Assembly: GCA_045586515.1 (NCBI GenBank)
Contig: JAZNAM010000087.1
Span: forward strand, 11,501-75,500
Source: Eubacteriales bacterium
Lineage (GTDB): Bacteria > Bacillota > Clostridia > Oscillospirales > CAG-272
DNA length: 64,000 nucleotides
Direction: 5' to 3'
In this document: positions 26,980 to 35,166 of the stretch, piece by piece
Layout: each line of letters begins with the position of its first letter
Position numbering within the stretch: the first letter of the stretch is position 1
Position numbers and translations under genes: made by a program
The notes under the pieces: generated by a model
What the model was told of the DNA's origin: nothing
Databases searched by the model: none
The model's input: the letters and a program-made list of their open reading frames with translations, nothing else

Positions 26980-28413
26980 ATGTATGACGTAATTATCATT
27001 GGTGCGGGTGTGATTGGCGGAATGTTGGCGCGACAGCTTTCTCGCTACCGTTTGCGTGTTTGCGTGCTCGAAAAAGAAAATGATGTTGCCGAGGGTGCAA
27101 GCAAGGCAAACAGCGGTATCTTGCACGGCGGTTACGACCCCGAACCCGGTACGCTGAAAGCAAAACTCAATGCCGAGGGTGTGGAAAAACTGTACACGGC
27201 GGCGCGCGAATTAAACGTGCCTTGCAAAAATAACGGTTCTTTCGTTTGTGCGTTTGGCACCGAGGAAGAGGAAGCTGTGGTGCGCGAACTCTACGCACGC
27301 GGCTTGCAAAATGGCATCACAAACCTTTCTATTCTGACAGGTGACGAGGCACGCGAGCGGGAGCCGATGCTTTCCGAGCAAGTGTCCTTGGTGCTTGACG
27401 TGCCCCGAGCAGGCATTATTTGCCCTTATGAGCTCACCCTCGCCGCAATCGGCAACGCCATGGACAACGGTGCTACGCTCAAGCTCAATTTTGCCGTTGC
27501 GCGTATTGAAAAAAAGGAGGGTGTGTTCTGTGTAACGAACGCAGACGGAGATGCTGTTATGGGCAAGTACGTGGTGAACTGTGCGGGAGCGTACTCGGAC
27601 AAGATTGCCGCGATGGTTGGTGATGAGAGTTTTTGCATCATTCCTCGCGCGGGCGAGTATATGCTGCTCGATAAAAACGAGGGCGCGCGCGTATCACGCA
27701 CCATCTTCCAGGTGCCGAGCAAAGAGGGCAAAGGTATCCTTGTATCCCCCACAGTGGACGGCAATTTGCTCACCGGACCAACAGCGGTTCAAGTGGCAGA
27801 TCCTGCGTGTACCGAAACGAGTGCGAATGGACTTGCGACGGTACAGCGCCTTGCCGCGAAAAGCGTGCCGAGCGTTAATTTCCGTCAGGTGATTACGTCT
27901 TTCACAGGCGTGCGGTCCTCTGAAAAAAGCGGAGATTTCATCATTCGCCCCGCAAACGGTGTGGAAAAAATGCTCAACGTCGCAGCAATTGACTCCCCCG
28001 GTCTTTCGGCTTCGGTTGCCATTGCGGATTATGCAATTGAGCAGTTGCAAGGTATGGGCCTTCCCGATGAGGCCAGCGAGAACTTCAACCCATATCGTGC
28101 CGACCCTCATGCGTTTCGTCATATGAGCGACGAGGAGAAGGATGCTTTTATCAAGGAAAATCCTGCCTACGGCAAGATTGTGTGCCGCTGTGAAACGGTG
28201 AGCGAGGGCGAGATATTAAACGCCATTCGCCAAAACCCCGGCGCCCGCGATATTGATGGTGTGAAGCGCCGCACGCGCTCGGGCATGGGACGTTGTCAGG
28301 GTGGCTTCTGTATGCCCTACGTGATGAAGCTGCTTGCGCGCGAGCAAGGTGTGGCGATGGAAACGATCACCAAAAAAGGCAAGGGCTCCGAGCAACTGAT
28401 TGGAAAAATGTGA
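26980..28413 (+). CDS. FAD-dependent glycerol-3-phosphate dehydrogenase/oxidase-like protein with a BFD-like [2Fe-2S] domain
   Basis: N-terminal dinucleotide fold YDVIIIGAGVIGG. C-terminal CRCETVSEGEI...GRCQGGFC. Follows glpP. Confidence 0.8.
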   Translation: MYDVIIIGAGVIGGMLARQLSRYRLRVCVLEKENDVAEGASKANSGILHGGYDPEPGTLKAKLNAEGVEKLYTAARELNVPCKNNGSFVCAFGTEEEEAVVRELYARGLQNGITNLSILTGDEAREREPMLSEQVSLVLDVPRAGIICPYELTLAAIGNAMDNGATLKLNFAVARIEKKEGVFCVTNADGDAVMGKYVVNCAGAYSDKIAAMVGDESFCIIPRAGEYMLLDKNEGARVSRTIFQVPSKEGKGILVSPTVDGNLLTGPTAVQVADPACTETSANGLATVQRLAAKSVPSVNFRQVITSFTGVRSSEKSGDFIIRPANGVEKMLNVAAIDSPGLSASVAIADYAIEQLQGMGLPDEASENFNPYRADPHAFRHMSDEEKDAFIKENPAYGKIVCRCETVSEGEILNAIRQNPGARDIDGVKRRTRSGMGRCQGGFCMPYVMKLLAREQGVAMETITKKGKGSEQLIGKM

Positions 28414-28422
28414 GGAAACGGT

Positions 28423-29670
28423 ATGAGAACACATGATATTGTTGTCATCGGCGGTGGGCCTGCCGGTATGGCTGCGGCGGTTGCCGCATACGATGCCGGT
28501 GTGCACGACGTTGTGATATTGGATAGAGAGGAAGGGCTTGGCGGCATTTTGCGCCAATGTATCCATAACGGGTTTGGATTGCATAAACTTGGCCGCGAGT
28601 TAACGGGACCCGAATATGCCGACGTATATCGAGCCGAGGTGGAAAAGCGCGGTATTACCACGCTTCTTGAAACCACCGTTACGGGGCTTGCGTCTGACCG
28701 TGTGATCACGGCAAGAAATCGCGAGGGCGTTTTGAAAATCAGGGCGGGCGCCGTGCTGCTTGCCATGGGCTGTCGCGAGCGTTCACGCGGCGCGCTGAAC
28801 ATTGGCGGCACACGACCGGCTGGCGTTTACAGCGCGGGTACGGCGCAAAAGCTGATGAACTGTGAGGGATATCGCGTGGGCAAACGCGTGGTGATCCTCG
28901 GTTCGGGCGATATTGGCCTTATTATGGCGCGCCGTATGTCGCTGGAGGGCGCTAAGGTTGAGGCAGTTTGCGAGATCATGCCTTATTCGGGTGGACTTGC
29001 GCGAAACATCGTGCAGTGCTTGGAGGACTTCGGTATTCCGCTTTATCTGTCTACCACCGTTGCAGAGATTCATGGCAAGGAGAGAGTGGAGGGCGTAACA
29101 ATCGCAAAGGTTGATGAAAATCGTTGCGTGATTGAGGAAACGAAGCGTTACATTCCTTGCGACACGTTGCTGCTTTCTTGCGGACTGATCCCCGAGAACG
29201 AGCTAACGCGCGGCGCGGATATTGACATTAATCCCATAACAGGTGGTGCATCCGTGAGTGAGGATCGTGAAACGGCGGTGCCCGGCATCTTTGCTTGCGG
29301 CAACGTGTTGCAGGTGCATGACCTGGTGGATTACGTGTCCGAGGAGGCGGAGATCGCAGGTCGAGGCGCCGCCACATTCGTGCAAAGCGGTAAGGAGCGT
29401 GGCGCGTGTGTTCCTACGGTTGGCACGCACGGCGTGCGTTACGTTCTGCCGCAGCGCGTGCACACGGAGGGAGATGCAGACGTGGCGCTGTATTGGCGCG
29501 TGGCTGCCCCTTGTGGGAAGGTGCGCTTTACTGCGAAATCGGGCGATAAGGTGATTGCAAGCGTCGTGCGTCTTAAGGCCGCCCCTGGCGAGATGGAGAA
29601 GCTTGTTTTGAAACGTGAAAAGCTTGTGGGCGTGACCGAGCCGATCACGGTTTCGATGGAGGTGCTGTGA
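28423..29670 (+). CDS. NAD(P)/FAD-dependent pyridine-nucleotide-disulfide-type oxidoreductase (second subunit of the clostridial glp oxidoreductase set)
   Basis: Two Rossmann motifs, VVIGGGPAGMAAA and VVILGSGDIGLIMA, plus GIFACGNV. Confidence 0.75.
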   Translation: MRTHDIVVIGGGPAGMAAAVAAYDAGVHDVVILDREEGLGGILRQCIHNGFGLHKLGRELTGPEYADVYRAEVEKRGITTLLETTVTGLASDRVITARNREGVLKIRAGAVLLAMGCRERSRGALNIGGTRPAGVYSAGTAQKLMNCEGYRVGKRVVILGSGDIGLIMARRMSLEGAKVEAVCEIMPYSGGLARNIVQCLEDFGIPLYLSTTVAEIHGKERVEGVTIAKVDENRCVIEETKRYIPCDTLLLSCGLIPENELTRGADIDINPITGGASVSEDRETAVPGIFACGNVLQVHDLVDYVSEEAEIAGRGAATFVQSGKERGACVPTVGTHGVRYVLPQRVHTEGDADVALYWRVAAPCGKVRFTAKSGDKVIASVVRLKAAPGEMEKLVLKREKLVGVTEPITVSMEVL

Positions 29671-30014
29671 TGGAAAGAACGTTGACTTGTATCATTTGTC
29701 CCCGTGGTTGCACGTTGAATGTGACGGGCGAGCGCGATGCGCTCCAAGTCGAGGGCAATGCTTGCCCCAAGGGTGCACAGTATGCGATTGACGAGTGCAC
29801 GCATCCCGTGCGAACCGTGACCTCGGTTGTTCGTGTTGCAAACAGAGAGGATACGATGGTGAGCGTCAAGACCGCTACGCCTGTACCCAAGGAGTGTATT
29901 TTTGAGGTGATGGAGGCGATCCGCGCGGCAAGCGTAGATGCGCCCGTTGCCTCAGGCACGGTGCTGCTCACCGCATGCGGTGCGGACATCGTTGCCACTA
30001 AGAGCATTGTATAA
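29670..30014 (+). CDS. DUF1667 domain protein (Cys-rich small subunit)
   Basis: TGATG overlap with the previous gene. CIICPRGCTL...GNACPKG motifs. The usual third member of this operon type. Confidence 0.75.
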   Translation: MERTLTCIICPRGCTLNVTGERDALQVEGNACPKGAQYAIDECTHPVRTVTSVVRVANREDTMVSVKTATPVPKECIFEVMEAIRAASVDAPVASGTVLLTACGADIVATKSIV

Positions 30015-30016
30015 TG

Positions 30017-30044
30017 AAAAAAGCCCCCGTTTGGGGGCTTTTTT
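30017..30044. terminator. Bidirectional intrinsic terminator
   Basis: AAAAAAGCCCCC-GTTT-GGGGGCTTTTTT between convergent operons. Confidence 0.9.
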
Positions 30045-30047
30045 GTT

Positions 30048-30992
30048 TTAATAAAAGGTGACAACCGTGTTTTTCGGCTCGGAGGAGCGTGCCACGTCGG
30101 TGGCATAGAGCACGGGGCCCTCGCTGCCGTAGAGTTTGTGGCGCTGGATGCGGATTTTGGCAGTTACAACGAGCCACTCGCCCGTTTGGTAGGAAACGGC
30201 GTGATCAAAGTTGCACACAAGACCGCCAAAGGCAATATCGTCCTCGCAGCAAGTCATGATATGTCTGCCAATGACGAGCGCCTTGTCACCGAGCTCGCGG
30301 TTGCGTGCGATCAGTCCCTTGAATTTGACGGTTTTTTCGTCCCAATCGGGAATACTGTCGCTAAGATCGCGGTAGAAGAAGGCGTAATCCTTATCTTCGA
30401 TTGTTACGATGGGCGCGTCCACGTCGAAGGGCAAGGGGTCGACCGTTTCGTCATATTCGAGTTCATCATCCACTTCGTAGGCAATCTGCGACATGCGGCT
30501 GATGCCACGCACCAATTTGTGCAACGCTTCGCGGTCGACGTTCTCAGCGCGGTTGAAGATGACGGTGTCGGCATTTTGGAGTTTGTCCACCATGAGCTGA
30601 CGCATATTCGCATTGTAGAGCAGCGCGGTTCTTGCATCGACGAACATCAGCTGTTGATAGATCATCCAGTTGTGGGGGAGTGCCGCGTAGAGTGTTTCAA
30701 GCGGCCACATGCCGTTGTACTCGACCATAACGCGGTCAATGCGATGATTGCGGTTGTAGTCCGCGAGTAGATCAAGCGTGAGGTCGCTTTCCTTGTCGAT
30801 GGTCATGCGGTGCACGTTTTGTCCGAAGAATAGGGAAGGATCATACTCCTCAACGCCCTCCTCGCACACGAGCAAAAGAATGCGGCAACCGTCGTTAAAT
30901 TCCGGGTTTTCCAGCGCTTCCTGGATCATTTGGGTTTTGCCCGCTTCCAGAAAGCCCGTGAACAGATAGACGGGAATTTGTTTGTTTTCCAT
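30048..30992 (-). CDS. G3E/CobW-like P-loop NTPase lacking the CXCC motif, fused to a DUF1980-C-like double-Cys C-terminal domain
   Basis: Start moved to MENKQIPVYLFTGFLEAGKT (ATG comp 30990-92, RBS AAGGGG, 10 nt after the upstream stop). Walker A GFLEAGKT. C-terminal KTVKFKGLIARN...VIGRHIMTCCEDDIAFGGLVC...WLVVTAKI resembles the YcgQ/TIGR03943 C-terminal domain (assigned from memory). Confidence 0.6.
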   Translation of the reverse strand: MENKQIPVYLFTGFLEAGKTQMIQEALENPEFNDGCRILLLVCEEGVEEYDPSLFFGQNVHRMTIDKESDLTLDLLADYNRNHRIDRVMVEYNGMWPLETLYAALPHNWMIYQQLMFVDARTALLYNANMRQLMVDKLQNADTVIFNRAENVDREALHKLVRGISRMSQIAYEVDDELEYDETVDPLPFDVDAPIVTIEDKDYAFFYRDLSDSIPDWDEKTVKFKGLIARNRELGDKALVIGRHIMTCCEDDIAFGGLVCNFDHAVSYQTGEWLVVTAKIRIQRHKLYGSEGPVLYATDVARSSEPKNTVVTFY

Positions 30993-31002
30993 GCTGTGCC
31001 CC

Positions 31003-32169
31003 TTATTTAAGTTCCACGCCGAACAGGGTGGAGAGTGCGTCGCGGTCAAGATCCGCACCGATCACGCAAAGGCGGCCGATAATGCCAGCCGAACCTTCGC
31101 GGACGTCGGGCTCACCGGGAACGTAGTCAAAATGAATCCAACCGCCCTCACCTGCAACGATGCCCTTGGCACGCAGAACAGTGCCGTAGGCGTAGTTGGA
31201 GAGTGCGCCGAGAGCATGTTCAATTTCTGCCTTGTTGAAAATTTTGGTGCTCTCTGCGCCAAGGCTCATGAACACTTCGTCGGCGTGATGATGGTGATGA
31301 TCATGGCCGCAGGAGCAATGTTCACCGTGCTCATGGTGATGCTCGTGGTGGTGTTCGTGGCAATCGCAATGCTCATCATGATGATGGTGCTCATGCTCGT
31401 GATGATGCTCGTGACACTCGCAATGCTCATCATGATGATGTTCGTGTTCATGATGATGCTCATGGCAGTCACAATGCTCATCATGATGATGGTGCTCGTG
31501 CTCGTGATGGTGATGATGACCGCAAACGGGGCATGTGCCCTCGTTTTTGAGGTGCTCTATTGCTGCGGCAAGCGTGTCGCGGCGCTCAATGGCGGCAAGC
31601 AGTTGGTCGCCTGAAAGCTCACTCCAATCGGTAGTTACGATCACGGCGTCTTTGTTTTGCTCGCGGCAAAGGGTAACCGCCGCCATCACCTTTTCGGGGG
31701 AGAGTCCCTTGGTGTGGCTGAGCACAATCGTGCCTGCGTGTGCAACCTGATCGCCGAAGAACTCACCGAAATTCTTGAGATACATACGGCACTTACCTGC
31801 GTCCACGACGGTCACAAAGGAGGAGAGCACGAAGTGCTCGTCTGCCACGCCCTCAACGGCGCGGATGACATCGGAGAGTTTACCAACGCCCGATGGCTCG
31901 ATGAGGATGCGGTCGGGGTGAAACTCATCGCGCACTTTGACAAGCGCACGCGCAAAATCGCCCACCAGGGAGCAGCAGATGCATCCCGAGTTCATCTCGG
32001 TAATGTTCACACCGGCATCTGCGAGAAAGCCGCCGTCAATACCGATCTCGCCAAACTCGTTTTCAATCAGGACGAGCTTCTCGCCCGCATACGCTTCTGC
32101 GATCAATTTCTTGATCAGCGTGGTCTTTCCTGCGCCGAGGAAGCCCGAAAAAATATCAATTTTGGTCAT
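31003..32169 (-). CDS. CobW/COG0523-family metallochaperone GTPase with a His/Cys-rich repeat linker
   Basis: Walker A GFLGAGKTT, metal motif GCICCS, CobW_C-like C-terminus (GTVLRAKGIV...GRLCVIGADLD), ~84-aa His-rich insert. RBS AAGGAGA, 12 nt after the thiI stop. Confidence 0.88.
   Translation of the reverse strand: MTKIDIFSGFLGAGKTTLIKKLIAEAYAGEKLVLIENEFGEIGIDGGFLADAGVNITEMNSGCICCSLVGDFARALVKVRDEFHPDRILIEPSGVGKLSDVIRAVEGVADEHFVLSSFVTVVDAGKCRMYLKNFGEFFGDQVAHAGTIVLSHTKGLSPEKVMAAVTLCREQNKDAVIVTTDWSELSGDQLLAAIERRDTLAAAIEHLKNEGTCPVCGHHHHHEHEHHHHDEHCDCHEHHHEHEHHHDEHCECHEHHHEHEHHHHDEHCDCHEHHHEHHHEHGEHCSCGHDHHHHHADEVFMSLGAESTKIFNKAEIEHALGALSNYAYGTVLRAKGIVAGEGGWIHFDYVPGEPDVREGSAGIIGRLCVIGADLDRDALSTLFGVELK
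31285..31533 (-). repeat. In-frame tandem coding repeat: four ~17-18-codon His/Glu/Asp units, each ending in C-x-C
   Basis: CobW residues ~213-295: CPVCG-HHHHHEHEHHHHDEHCDC-HEHHHEHEHHHDEHCEC-HEHHHEHEHHHHDEHCDC-HEHHHEHHHEHGEHCSC-GHDHHHHH. The catgatgatg/ctcgtg periodicity is visible on the plus strand. Confidence 0.9.
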
Positions 32170-32181
32170 GGGGAATTCTCC

Positions 32182-33360
32182 TTAAAACTTTGCTTTGATA
32201 TGGAAGGTTTGTAACGTTTCCATTGCCGCGTCACAGAGCTCGGCGAAGGGGAGCTTTTGCTCCTGTTCCTCCACACGTGCAAGGACGGGGCGCGTTTTGG
32301 GATGCTTGGGGGTAAACACAGTGCAGCAGTCCTCATAGGGAAGAATCGAAGTGTCGAAGGTGTCGATGCGACGTGCGATCTGCACGATCTCCTCCTTATC
32401 CATACCGATAAGGGGGCGGAACACGGGGTAACGCGCTATGGCGTTGGTTACGCCCAGCGCTTGCATGGTCTGCGACGCGACCTGACCCAGACTTTCGCCG
32501 GTGATGAGGGCTTCACAGCTTGTTTTCTCTGCCACGCGATTGGAAAGCTCCATCATGTAGCGGCGGAGTAGCAACGTGAAGTATTCCTCGTCGCACGCTT
32601 TCACAAGCTTTTCCTGAATGTCTGTGAGCGAGATGACGTGTAGCTGCATGCTGCCGCTCCAACGGGCAACGAGGTGGGCAAGATCGATGACCTTTTGTCT
32701 TGCTTGCTCGCTGGTGTAGGGCATGGATTCAAAATAAAGTGCTTCCAGACGCACGCCGCGTTTTGCCATCATCCAACCTGCCACGGGGGAGTCGATGCCG
32801 CCCGACAAGAGCAGAAGTCCCTTGCCGTTGGTGCCGACGGGAAGACCGCCCGCGCCCTGGAACTGTCCTGCGTGGATATAAGCGGCACGGTCGCGCACCT
32901 CGACGCGCACGGTGATTTCGGGTTCATGCACGTTGACGCGCAAACGTGGACACACCGAAAGGATCTCGCCGCCAATGGTGGCGGAAATTTCGGGGGAGGA
33001 GAGAGGGAAGAGCTTGTCCGAGCGCTTTGCCTCAACTTTAAAGGTTTTTTTGCCTGCAAGGAACGTGGGCAGATACGCCTTGGCAACCTCCTTGATGCTA
33101 TCCATATTCTTTTCCGCGACGGCGGCGCGTACTACGGCTGCAATGCCGAACACACGGCAGGCAGCTTCAAATGCGCCATCCAGGTCTGCAAAATCATCGA
33201 GCGGTTCGATGGTAATGGTGCTTTGCACATTGCGCACCTCAAATTTGCCGAAGTTGTAAAGACGGTATTTGAGGTCCTTAACAAGCGCCTCTTCGAAATG
33301 GCGGCGATTGGCACCCTTGAGCACGATTTCGCCGAATTTACAAAGAATGATCTCTTTCAT
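32182..33360 (-). CDS. thiI: tRNA 4-thiouridine(8) synthase ThiI (no rhodanese domain)
   Basis: THUMP-type N-terminus (ILCKFGEIVLKGANRRHFE). PP-loop LLLSGGIDSPVAGWMM. The ATG at comp 33358-60 lies 7 nt after AAAGGAG. GTG at 33366 is an alternative start. Confidence 0.9.
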   Translation of the reverse strand: MKEIILCKFGEIVLKGANRRHFEEALVKDLKYRLYNFGKFEVRNVQSTITIEPLDDFADLDGAFEAACRVFGIAAVVRAAVAEKNMDSIKEVAKAYLPTFLAGKKTFKVEAKRSDKLFPLSSPEISATIGGEILSVCPRLRVNVHEPEITVRVEVRDRAAYIHAGQFQGAGGLPVGTNGKGLLLLSGGIDSPVAGWMMAKRGVRLEALYFESMPYTSEQARQKVIDLAHLVARWSGSMQLHVISLTDIQEKLVKACDEEYFTLLLRRYMMELSNRVAEKTSCEALITGESLGQVASQTMQALGVTNAIARYPVFRPLIGMDKEEIVQIARRIDTFDTSILPYEDCCTVFTPKHPKTRPVLARVEEQEQKLPFAELCDAAMETLQTFHIKAKF

Positions 33361-33573
33361 ATACACACTCCTTTGTGTGGTTGTTTTCTAACTATTTATT
33401 ATAGCACAAGGCGGCGAAAAACACAAGAGCGCGTGGCAAAGAAGGATACTTTTTTTACCGCGGGCTCGACCTTTTTCGCGTGTGTGACATAGAATGGTAA
33501 AAACACCCTGTGATTAAGTACTTGCAAATTGGCGGACAATAGTACTGAAAACATACCAGTGGAGGGAAATGCC

Positions 33574-34014
33574 ATGATCAGCGTAAAACGCGGCGATATA
33601 TACTATGCGGATCTGAGCCCGGTGGTGGGCTCCGAACAGGGCGGACTTCGTCCCGTGCTTATTATACAGAACGATGTGGGGAATCGGTACAGCCCTACCG
33701 TGATTGCTGCGGCAATCACCTCGCGCCTTGGCAAAACCAAACTGCCTACTCATATTGATGTGCACGCGGAACGTGCGGGGCTTTCGCGCGATTCTGTTGT
33801 TTTGCTTGAACAGCTTCGCACGCTTGACAAGCGCCGATTAAAGGAGCGCATGGGGCGTTTGGATGATGATATGATGCGCGAGATTGATGCCGCGATTGCA
33901 GTGAGCCTTGGACTCGTGCCGCGTGAGGGACATGTCATAACGGGAACATTACGTACGCAAGAGAGCGCGGCAGTTGCCGTTGCCGACGATGCGGTAGGGC
34001 ATTCGATGGGATAA
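33574..34014 (+). CDS. mazF: MazF/PemK (EndoA/NdoA-type) endoribonuclease toxin with a ~30-aa C-terminal extension
   Basis: Starts at [37 protein letters not shown] after RBS GGAGGG. The core matches B. subtilis NdoA closely by eye. 146 aa, against ~116 aa typical. Confidence 0.85.
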   Translation: MISVKRGDIYYADLSPVVGSEQGGLRPVLIIQNDVGNRYSPTVIAAAITSRLGKTKLPTHIDVHAERAGLSRDSVVLLEQLRTLDKRRLKERMGRLDDDMMREIDAAIAVSLGLVPREGHVITGTLRTQESAAVAVADDAVGHSMG

Positions 34015-34150
34015 GAAATATTGCTGCAAATGTACACTTTTGCACACAAATGGCGAGCACTGTGAAATTTTTGACGAAAGTATTGATTTTTGCGCGATCT
34101 TCCTGTATAATAAAGGTTGGTAAATTTATTTATAACAAAGGAGATCAAAC

Positions 34151-35116
34151 ATGGCTCTTGTAACAACCAAGGAGATGTTTAAGAAGGCATACGAGGGTGG
34201 CTACGCTATCGGCGCTTTCAACATCAACAACATGGAAATCATCCAGGCAATCACCGAAGCAGCTGCAGAGGAGCAGTCCCCTGTTATTTTGCAGGTGTCC
34301 GCAGGCGCACGCAAGTACGCAAAGCTCGCATACCTGATGGGTCTTGCTCGTGCGGCAATTGAGGATAGTGGTGTTGACCTTGCGCTTCACCTTGACCACG
34401 GCGCAGATTTTGAGATTTGCAAGTCTTGCATCGACGGCGGTTTCACCTCCGTGATGATCGACGGCTCTCACCATTCCTTCGAGGACAACATTGCACTTAC
34501 GCGCAAGGTTGTTGAGTACGCACACGCACACGGCGTTGTTGTCGAGGGCGAGCTTGGTGTTCTGGCAGGCGTTGAGGATGACGTCGTGGCAGAGCACTCG
34601 TCCTACACCCGTCCCGAGGAGGTTGAGGAGTTCGTTTCCCGTACCGGTGTTGACTCTCTTGCCATCTCTATCGGCACTTCTCACGGTGCATACAAGTTCA
34701 CTCCCGCACAGTGCACTCGCAATGCAGACGGTATTCTCGTTCCGCCCCCTCTTCGTTTTGACATTCTTGAGGAGATCGGCAAGAGATTGCCCGGTTTCCC
34801 GATCGTTCTGCACGGCGCATCCTCCGTTTCTCAGGAGCACGTAAAGGAGATCAATGCGCTCGGCGGTAAGCTTCCGGATGCTGTTGGTATTCCCGAGGAG
34901 CAGCTTCGTCGCGCCGCCTCCCTTGCTGTTTGTAAGATCAATATCGACTCCGATATCCGTCTTGCGATGACTGCCGGTATTCGCCGCGTATTCAGCGACA
35001 AGCCCGGTGCATTTGACCCTCGCGAGTACCTCTCTGTTGCTCGTAACGAGGTCAAGGCAATGGTTCAGCACAAGATTAAGAACGTGCTTGGTTCTTCGGG
35101 CACGCTCGGCAAGTAA
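34151..35116 (+). CDS. fba: Class II fructose-1,6-bisphosphate aldolase
   Basis: The product has YAIGAFNINNME, LHLDHG and SIGTSHGAYKF motifs. RBS AAAGGAGA. Promoter TTGATT-N17-TATAAT upstream. Confidence 0.92.
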   Translation: MALVTTKEMFKKAYEGGYAIGAFNINNMEIIQAITEAAAEEQSPVILQVSAGARKYAKLAYLMGLARAAIEDSGVDLALHLDHGADFEICKSCIDGGFTSVMIDGSHHSFEDNIALTRKVVEYAHAHGVVVEGELGVLAGVEDDVVAEHSSYTRPEEVEEFVSRTGVDSLAISIGTSHGAYKFTPAQCTRNADGILVPPPLRFDILEEIGKRLPGFPIVLHGASSVSQEHVKEINALGGKLPDAVGIPEEQLRRAASLAVCKINIDSDIRLAMTAGIRRVFSDKPGAFDPREYLSVARNEVKAMVQHKIKNVLGSSGTLGK

Positions 35117-35125
35117 GAAAAAAGT

Positions 35126-35156
35126 GGCAAGCGGGAGTGATCCCGCTTGCCTTTTT
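35126..35156 (+). terminator. Intrinsic terminator after fba
   Basis: 11-bp stem GGCAAGCGGGA/TCCCGCTTGCC, GTGA loop, TTTTT. Confidence 0.88.
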
Positions 35157-35166
35157 ACAAGGATAT

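Noticed and set aside
30982-31614. A Met/Val/Ile/Leu-rich 210-aa plus-strand ORF and a 72-aa minus-strand ORF (31266-31484) that look like polytopic membrane proteins; also considered as a CRISPR-like periodic repeat.
   Set aside because: Both are alternative-frame or antisense readings of the His-codon repeat (CAT/CAC gives ATG/GTG on the opposite strand) inside cobW. The repeat units are contiguous, in frame and lack spacers, so this is not a CRISPR array.
33529-33573. A 15-codon N-terminal extension of mazF ([15 protein letters not shown]), considered as a possible fused antitoxin remnant.
   Set aside because: It is too short and has no RBS. The ATG at 33574 follows GGAGGG, and MazF homology begins there.
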